Source of the DNA: an uncultured Gemmatimonadales bacterium
GTDB lineage: Bacteria > Gemmatimonadota > Gemmatimonadetes > Gemmatimonadales > GWC2-71-9
Direction: 5' to 3'
DNA: 64,000 bases
NCBI GenBank assembly: GCA_963748815.1
Contig: CAVVKJ010000007.1
Coordinates: 1 to 64,000, forward strand
Below are positions 57,250-64,000 of the stretch, piece by piece. Below the pieces are notes generated by a model, which saw nothing but the letters and a program-made list of their open reading frames with translations, searched no databases and was not told where the DNA came from. How positions within the stretch are numbered: the first letter of the stretch is position 1; the number at the start of each line of letters is the position of its first letter. A program made the position numbers and the translations under genes.

Positions 57250-57626
57250 GACCGTGCCTCCCCAAGCGCGTTTCGCAGTGCACTGAGCAGATCCTCACCC
57301 GTCAATCCCAATCCGACGGCGCGCGCGAGCATCTCGTTGGCCAGGCGAGTGCTCACCGCCGCCTGTTCCTCCGCCCGCCGACTCGTGGTGAGCTCGCGGA
57401 CGTAGGTGCCAGAGCCTTGCCGGAGTTCCACCAGGCCGCTCCGCTCGAGGTCCCGATAGGCCTGGACCACCGTCCCCGGATTGAGCCGCAGCTTCACGGC
57501 GAGCTGCCGCACCGAAGGGAGCGCCTCGCCCGGGGCGAGGTCGCCGGCCGCAATGGCGGCGCGAAGCCGCTCCGCGAGCTGGGCGTACAGCGGGGTTGGA
57601 AGTGCCGGATCAAGGTGTTCGAACAT
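57246..57626 (-). CDS. GntR-family regulator, YtrA subfamily
   Basis: 126 aa; PLYAQL, LPSVRQLA, NPGTV.QAY..LE and G.GTYV motifs; upstream of an ABC ATPase. Confidence 0.9.
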   Translation of the reverse strand: MFEHLDPALPTPLYAQLAERLRAAIAAGDLAPGEALPSVRQLAVKLRLNPGTVVQAYRDLERSGLVELRQGSGTYVRELTTSRRAEEQAAVSTRLANEMLARAVGLGLTGEDLLSALRNALGEARS

Positions 57627-57631
57627 GGCCC

Positions 57632-57680
57632 TAGTGTGTTGGTGTTGCAATACACTAAGTCTTTGGTCGGCTACTGTCAA
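57632..57680 (-). promoter_or_regulatory. Promoter and YtrA-type operator
   Basis: Minus strand reads TTGACA-N17-TAGTGT. Inverted repeat TAGTGTGTTG-N6-CAATACACTA at 57632-57657 overlaps the -10 element. Confidence 0.82.
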
Positions 57681-57761
57681 TAGGTCGACAGCCGACCCGC
57701 CGGCGGCCACCTTCCCTGGGCGGTCCAAACCCTCAACCCTCGAGCGGCGTCTGAGCCTGCA

Positions 57762-58277
57762 GTGACCGACCCCATTCAGCGCGCCAAAGCTGGCGACCCG
57801 GATGCCTTTCGCATCCTGTACGAAGGCCACGTGGGGCGCATCTACGCCCTCTGCCTTCGGCTTGCCGGTGACCCGGGCAAGGCGGAGGAACTGGTGCAGG
57901 ACACCTTCATTCTGGCGTGGGAAAAGCTGCCGGGATTTCGAGGGGAGAGCGCCTTCGGCACCTGGATCTTCCGGATCGCCGTCAACGTGGCCCTCTCCGA
58001 CCGCCGGGCGACCGGCCGCCGCGAGGCTCGGCTCGCGCCGATTGCCGACCCCGGGGCATTGCCCGTTTCGGGGCGGCCGGCCGACCCCGGAGACCGGATG
58101 GACATGGAGGACGCGATCGCCGGCCTGCCGCCGAAGGCACGGGCGGTGTTCCTCCTCTACGATGTCGAGGGGTACCAGCACGCCGAAATCGCCGAGATGA
58201 CCGGCATCGCCGAGGGGACCTCCAAGACGCAACTCTTTCGAGCCCGCCGACTGCTGCGGGAGGCATTGTCCCGATGA
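57762..58277 (+). CDS. ECF sigma-70 factor
   Basis: GDPDAF, AEELVQDTF, FRGESAFGTWIFRIAVN and EIAEM.G..EGTSKTQLFRAR motifs. Confidence 0.92.
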   Translation: MTDPIQRAKAGDPDAFRILYEGHVGRIYALCLRLAGDPGKAEELVQDTFILAWEKLPGFRGESAFGTWIFRIAVNVALSDRRATGRREARLAPIADPGALPVSGRPADPGDRMDMEDAIAGLPPKARAVFLLYDVEGYQHAEIAEMTGIAEGTSKTQLFRARRLLREALSR

Positions 58278-58915
58278 CCTGCGACCAATTCGATCAGTGG
58301 CTCGACGCCTACCTGGATGGGGGACTCACCTCCGTCCAGCAGGGGAGCATGGACGCGCACCTGGCGGAGTGCGCTGCATGCCGCACCCACGCAGGGGAGA
58401 TGCGCACCGTCCTCGCGGCGGCGACGTCGCTCCCCCGCAGCGTGGCCCCACCTCGGGACCTCTGGCCGGACATCGCGGCGCGGCTTCCAGCCCGGCGCCC
58501 GATCGCCGCCGTCCGGCCCGCCGCCTGGGCTCGGTGGGCGCCGCTGGCGGCGGCAGCGCTGGTCCTGGTGACGGTGACGGCCACCGTCACCTATCGGCTC
58601 TCCCGTCCGCGGGGACCCGACCCCGTCGTGGCCGTCGCGGAGCCTGCTCCCCTCGTCGGCTTCGCCGCCGATCGCGAGTACGTGCTCGCCGCGGCGGACC
58701 TCGAGCGGGTGCTCGCAGAGGGTCGCGCGCACCTGGCACCGGCCACCGTCGCGATCATCGAACAGAACCTGGCGGTCATTGACGCCGCCATCGCCGAAGC
58801 GCGCGCCGCCCTCGCCGCCGATCCAGCCAACGCCGACCTTCGCGCGCTGCTCTGGGGCGCACACCGACAGAAACTCGACCTGCTCGACCGGGCCACGCGC
58901 CTGACACGGAGCTGA
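58274..58915 (+). CDS. Zinc-binding anti-sigma factor (zf-HC2)
   Basis: C...AYLDG.L and HLAECAAC motifs, one TM helix; ATGA overlap with the sigma gene. Confidence 0.88.
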   Translation: MTCDQFDQWLDAYLDGGLTSVQQGSMDAHLAECAACRTHAGEMRTVLAAATSLPRSVAPPRDLWPDIAARLPARRPIAAVRPAAWARWAPLAAAALVLVTVTATVTYRLSRPRGPDPVVAVAEPAPLVGFAADREYVLAAADLERVLAEGRAHLAPATVAIIEQNLAVIDAAIAEARAALAADPANADLRALLWGAHRQKLDLLDRATRLTRS

Positions 58916-58918
58916 CGC

Positions 58919-59809
58919 ATGCGACGACTTGCCCTCCACCTCTTTCTCCTCGGACTCGCCCTCCCCTCCAGCGGGCGCGCCCAGGCGCCGGCCCACTACG
59001 GCCGTGCCATCGCGCCGGACGCCTCGATCCGGATCTTCAACCTCGCCGGCACCGTCCGCGTCACAGGCTGGGACCGCGACAGCGTCGACGTCTCCGCGAT
59101 CGTTCCCGACGGGGGCGGCCGCCTCGTCTTCGGGGGCGGATCGATGGGGGTCAAGCTGGGCATCGACCCGCCGCCGGCGGCCACCAACTATCCCGGATCG
59201 CTGGTGGAGGTTCGCGTCTCGGCCCGGGCGCGCGTCTGGATCAAGACGGAGAGCGCCGAGATTCTCGTGACCGGACTCACCTCCTCGGCGGATGTGTCGA
59301 GCGTGAGCGGCCGTGTCGTGGTGACGGGGGAGATTGCCCAGCTCTCCGCGGAATCGATGGACGGCGGCATCGACGTCGAGGTCAACGCCGGCATCGTCCG
59401 GTTGAAGACGGCGGGGGGCGCCATCGCGCTGCGCGGGACCGCGACTGACGCGACCCTGAGCACGGTGAGCGGCGCGGCGACGATGGTGGTTGCCGGCACG
59501 GAGCGCGCCCGGATGGAAACGGTCAGCGGGCACCTCACCTTCGATGCGGCGCTCCTCCCCGGCGGCAACTACACGCTCGAGAGCCATTCGGGCGACATCA
59601 GCATCCGCCTGCCCGCTGACTTCAATGGAGCGATCCAGTTGACCGCGCTCGAAGGCCGCGTGACCAACCGACTCACCAAGAGTCCCGTCAACCGCACCAA
59701 CCAGGGACGGGGGGAGCTGCTCGCGACGGGTGGCGGGAGGACGACGGCGGAGCTGGTGGCCCGGACGTTCAAGGGGGCGATCGTGCTGGAGGCCCAAACC
59801 AAACGGTAG
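58919..59809 (+). CDS. DUF4097 beta-strand repeat exported protein
   Basis: Signal peptide, G.VRVTGWDR, repeated T/S.SG.I/V motifs. Confidence 0.8.
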   Translation: MRRLALHLFLLGLALPSSGRAQAPAHYGRAIAPDASIRIFNLAGTVRVTGWDRDSVDVSAIVPDGGGRLVFGGGSMGVKLGIDPPPAATNYPGSLVEVRVSARARVWIKTESAEILVTGLTSSADVSSVSGRVVVTGEIAQLSAESMDGGIDVEVNAGIVRLKTAGGAIALRGTATDATLSTVSGAATMVVAGTERARMETVSGHLTFDAALLPGGNYTLESHSGDISIRLPADFNGAIQLTALEGRVTNRLTKSPVNRTNQGRGELLATGGGRTTAELVARTFKGAIVLEAQTKR

Positions 59810-59869
59810 GACGCGGCATCGAAGGTGGCGTGACCGCAATGCACGCCACTCCCAACGAAGGAGCTTTTC

Positions 59870-60451
59870 ATGCCCAGCCACCGCCTCCTCGCCGCCGCCG
59901 TCCTCGTCCTCTCCGCCTCCGCAGGGTCGGCCGCCCCGGCGTACGCCGGACCACCCTGGATTTCCATCGAGCTGCCGGCCAATCCGCTCGACCCGACCAC
60001 GCGGGGCGCCTTCCTCCTGGTGCACACTTTCCATCATGACGATGCCGTGGCCGAGGCGCTCACCGGCCGGGCCGAGGGGCTGGTGAACGGCCGTCGCCAG
60101 ACGATTGCGCTCACCTTCGAGAGCACCTCGCGGTCCGGGGTGCGGGCGCTCCGCAAGTCGTGGCCGGACGGCGGCACGTGGGTGCTCGTGCTCACGACCG
60201 GACAGCACGGCGAGGCCACCGCGCTGGTCGGCATCGGGAGCGACGGCACCGTCCACTCCATCCAGGTGCCGAGCGAGCGCCGGGACGGCCACACCATCCC
60301 AAGCAAGGTGTCGCAGCGAGATGTGGATGCGCTCCTCTCGCGACTCGCCTCCAGAGGCAGCGGCACGACATTCCTGCCCGAGCTGGCGCTGGCGCTCGGC
60401 GGGCTGCTCGTATTCCCGGCCGGCCTGTTCGCCTTTCGCCGCCGCGGCTGA
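59870..60451 (+). CDS. Hypothetical exported protein with C-terminal anchor
   Basis: AAGGAG RBS, signal peptide, GPPWISIELPANP, C-terminal TM helix followed by RRR. Confidence 0.7.
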   Translation: MPSHRLLAAAVLVLSASAGSAAPAYAGPPWISIELPANPLDPTTRGAFLLVHTFHHDDAVAEALTGRAEGLVNGRRQTIALTFESTSRSGVRALRKSWPDGGTWVLVLTTGQHGEATALVGIGSDGTVHSIQVPSERRDGHTIPSKVSQRDVDALLSRLASRGSGTTFLPELALALGGLLVFPAGLFAFRRRG

Positions 60452-60604
60452 CCCTCCCTCACCTCCACGGCGCCGCCTCCCGCCCGGGTGGCGGCGCTGC
60501 CGCCGTCCAGGCAGCCGCTTGACGCGCTCCCCGGCAGCCTCAACATTATCCGAATCCCCTGAACACTCCCGAGTCAGCGTTCCTCACGACTCTCCCGAGG
60601 CGTC

Positions 60605-63443
60605 TTGGACGACCCACTGCTGGAACGTTTGCGGCGGGCCCTGGCACCCGAATTCGACGTGGACCGCCGGCTCGCCGTCGGCGGAATGGGCATCGTCTTT
60701 CGGGGACGAGAAGTTGCGCTCGACCGGCCGGTCGCTATCAAGGTGTTGCGTCCCGAATTGGCCACCGCCTCGGCCCGCGAACGGTTTCTCCGCGAGGCGC
60801 GCCTGCTCGCCCGCCATCAGCACCCGAACATCGTGCCGGTGCACCGGGCCGCCGAGCGCGACGGACTCTCCTACTATGTCATGGACTTTATCGAGGGGCA
60901 GACCCTCGCCGATAGGCTGGCCACCGGTCGGTTGCCCGCCGAGCAGGTCCTCCGCCTCGCGCGCGACCTGATCGAAGCGCTCGCGGCGGCCCACGCCGAC
61001 GGGATCATCCACCGCGACGTGAAACCTCACAACATCTTCTTCATCGGACATCGCGCGCTCCTCGGCGATTTCGGCATCGCCCACGATGCCTCCAGCGACG
61101 CGCTCGAGCTCACCGAAGAGGGGGCACTGATCGGGACGCGGGGCTACATGGCCCCGGAGCAGCTGCGGGGCGAACCGGCGACCGAACGATCCGACCAGTA
61201 CTCGGCCGCGGCCGTCCTGTTCGAGGCGGCGACCGGTCGGCGCTGGAAGGCGGTCGACGCGCCGGCGGACGCCAACTGGCGCGGCATCCCAAGGCCGATG
61301 GTCCACCTGCTGCGGCGTGGGCTCGCGATTGATCCCGCCAGACGCTGGAGTTCCATGCGGGAGGCGCGCCGCGTTTTCGACCGGGCGCGATTCCGCCGCC
61401 AGCGCCTCCTTCCGGCGGTTGGACTGGTTGCCGCGGCCGTCCTGCTCGGCAGGGTCGTGTGGTGGGGTCTCCTCACGCCGGCGCTCCCTGTCCAGCAGTA
61501 CGCGCTTGCCATCCTCCCCTTCACCGCGGTCCTGCCGGCCGACGACTCGCTCGGCATCCAGGTCGCCGAGGTCACGAGCATCGCGCTCTCCGCCTACCCG
61601 TCGTTTCCCCAGGCGCCCTTTCTGCGATCGGCCGCCTGGCATCGAGACCACCGGACAGATGCCACGGCCGCCGCTTTGGTGGAGCTGAATGCGCGCCGGG
61701 TGATCTCGGGTCGTCTCGAACGGCGGGGCCCAGTCGTGCGGCTGCATCTCGACCTGACCGATTCGGCCGGCAGCACGCCACTGCGGCCCATCGAGATCGA
61801 TACCGCGGGCGCAGAGCCGGGAGCGCTCGGCGACTCTGCCGCCTTCGTGATCGCCATCCGGCTTGGCCGCCGACCCGGGACCGACCTCGGCAACCTGGCG
61901 AGCCGGAGCCCGGATGCGTTTCTCCCCTTCCTGCAGGGCGAGCTGTACTTCGCCGACGACGCCTGGGAGGCCGCGGCGGAACAGTACGCCAAGGCGGTCG
62001 CCGCCGATTCGACCTTTGTGCTCGCCCGGTGGCGCCAGCTGGTCGCGCAGATCTGGTCGCGGGACTTCTCCTGGGATTCGGCGATCGCGTTGGCCTCCTG
62101 CTGCGCCGACCGCCTGCAACCCCTCGATGCCGGCCTCCTCCGGGCGATGGGCGACACCAACCTGCCCCGGCGCTTCGCCGCGTTTGACGCACTGCACGCG
62201 CGCTTCGGCGAGACGGGGCTCCTCCCCCTCCTCTTTGCCAGCGACCTCTTTCACCGGGGACCGCTGGTCGGGAGGGGATTGCCGGTGTCGCTCGCCATGT
62301 TCGAGGAGGCCATCCACGCAAGTCCTGGTGGCATACCGGCGCCGGCCTACGATCAGACCGTCTGGGGAAAGACCCGCCTTGGAGAGCGCGCCGAGGCGAA
62401 ACGGTGGCTCCGCGACCGCAAACGGCTCGAGACGGATCAGCAGGGCGACCTGATCGTGCAATTCCTGCAGCTCGGCTACGACCTCCGCTGGGTCCACTGG
62501 CGGGCCCGCCTCAAGCTCTGGTATTTCGAACGCTTCGAGAGCGACGAGTCCATCAGGGAGCTCGCCAAGTTCTATCGCTTCAGCGCGGCGTGGGACCTGC
62601 CATGGGGCCAGAACGCCGTCGGCAGCGTCATCGCGTCGCGGCTGCTCGCCGACGACCGGGCGAACGGGCTGGAGGCGCAGGGACTCGCCCACTTCACGTG
62701 GGGCCGCGCGACCGAGGGGCTGGCCTTCATCGATTCCGCGGCGAAGTACTTCGGCACGGACGAGGCGCAGCTGCAGCGCCGGCAATGGCGCCTGCTGCTG
62801 CCGCTCCTGGGGGCGGGGCGGGTGGGCGAACCGGAGGAGGCGTCGGCGCGACTCTGGCTCGAGGAACGGGCCGCCGTCGAACCGTACGCCGCGCGGGCGC
62901 GCTGGACGCTGGCCCTCGACGCGCTGCGTCGGGCCGACACCGCCGCCGCCATGGGCTGGATCGATGCGCTCGCGCAGCTTCGGACGGCGGACAGCGCCTC
63001 GGCCCGGCTGGCCGTGCTGGCCACGGCGATCGTCGAGGGAGGGCGCGACCCTCGCGGCGCGCTCGCGACCACCGAGCCGCTCCTGCGGTTCGACTCTCCG
63101 GCCCCGGGCCAGGACATTTTCACCCGCAGCCTGCTGCACCTCTCGCGAGCGCACTGGTTCGAGGCATCCGGCGACCCCGACGGCGCCCAGCGCGAAATCC
63201 TCTGGTACGAAAACTCCGACACCTACGCATTTCCGGTCCGGGAGGCGCAGAAGATGGAGGTCGACGCCGTCGCGAGCGTGGCGGCCCGCGTGACCCGTGC
63301 CCGCCTCCTCCTCGACGCCGGGAGACCCCGAGGTCGCCTGCCGCATGCTGGCCCGGGTGCGGCAGCTCTGGGGCAGGGCGGACGCCTCGCTCCGATCCGC
63401 GCAGGATCGCGCGGACTCCCTGTACCGCGTGGGGTGCCGATGA
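60605..63443 (+). CDS. Hanks-type Ser/Thr kinase with TM segment and TPR-like C-terminus; apparent +1 frameshift near 63321
   Basis: Not in the ORF track because the frame stays open to the window end. My translation from TTG 60605 gives GGMGIVF, VAIKVL, HPNIV, IIHRDVKPHN, DFGIA and GTRGYMAPEQ. Confidence 0.85.
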
Positions 63444-64000
63444 TTGCCCTCCGACTGCTCGGCGTGGTGGAGGTGACGGTGGACGGCGGTGCGCCGCCTG
63501 CCGAGCTCCTGTGGAAGAAGAACCTCGCCCTGCTCGTGTACCTCGCGCTCTCGCCGCGGCACACCCGCACGCGGGAGCACCTGACCGGCCTCCTCTGGGG
63601 CGACAAGCCGGAATCGGCCGCGCGCCACTCCCTGAACGAGGCGCTGCGCATCCTGCGTCGCGCCCTCGGCGAGGAGGCGCTCCAGACCGATGCCGCCTCC
63701 GTCCGGCTCGATGCCAGCGCGGTCGCGCTCGACGTAGAGGCGTTCGCGCGACACGAATCCGCCAGGGAATGGACGCCGGCGGCGGCGCTGGTCGGCGGCA
63801 GCTTCCTGGAGGGCTTCGCGGTACCCGGCGAGTCGGAGTTCGAAGACTGGCTGGTGGCGGAACGCAGCCAGTGGGAACGCCGGTCGGTGGCCGCGCTGGT
63901 ACAGGCCGCGGAATCGGAACTGGCACGGGGTGAGGTGGCGGCCACGCTCACCGCCGCGGAACGCGCCGTGGCCCTGGCGCCCACCTCGGGGCCGGCGATC
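63440..64000 (+). CDS. SARP/BTAD transcriptional regulator, N-terminal part (runs off the window)
   Basis: MIALRLLG..KNLALLVYLAL..REHLTGLLWGD..ARHSLNEALRILRRALG..FLEGF..FEDWL..ER. Confidence 0.85.
   Translation, partial: MIALRLLGVVEVTVDGGAPPAELLWKKNLALLVYLALSPRHTRTREHLTGLLWGDKPESAARHSLNEALRILRRALGEEALQTDAASVRLDASAVALDVEAFARHESAREWTPAAALVGGSFLEGFAVPGESEFEDWLVAERSQWERRSVAALVQAAESELARGEVAATLTAAERAVALAPTSGPAI

Noticed and set aside
60584..63754. 1056-aa minus-strand ORF
   Set aside because: Antisense mirror of the kinase gene on the plus strand.
1..64000. tRNA, rRNA, IS/transposase, integrase or prophage genes
   Set aside because: None recognised by eye, and intergenic gaps are short. tRNAscan and Rfam were not run.

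Overview
High-GC bacterial chromosomal segment. The gene content (Ser/Thr kinase-TPR and SARP/BTAD regulators, Ig-like lipoproteins, MntH with an outer-membrane partner) suggests Gemmatimonadota; this is inference, not verified. I see about 55 protein genes and no rRNA, tRNA, CRISPR array or IS element. In order: TPR/barrel protein; mntR-mntH operon with operator; hydrolases; a 5.5 kb block of three Ig-like lipoproteins and a truncated SARP regulator; exported RidA; an N6-adenine methyltransferase plus SNF2-type helicase pair; DUF47-pit; Moco-maturation genes (mocA, coxG fusion, xdhC) split by a storage-lipid locus (ABC1 kinase, acyltransferase, patatin, phasin, PhaR, HMG-CoA-reductase-like enzyme); an arginine operon (argG-orfX-argC-argD-argF'-argB-argE-argH-argR); HDAC fusion; transporters; OmpA; a Cyc2-like cytochrome-porin with a cytochrome c; a YtrA/ABC locus; ECF sigma/anti-sigma; a Ser/Thr kinase and SARP. 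Best candidate for an undescribed system: the arg operon has no argA/argJ but carries a translationally coupled DUF1611/BioD-like P-loop protein. Its transcarbamylase also has Val at the position that separates acetyl- from succinyl-ornithine specificity. Together these suggest a succinyl-type pathway started by a non-canonical acylglutamate synthase. Five apparent single-base insertions break otherwise intact genes and are probably assembly errors.
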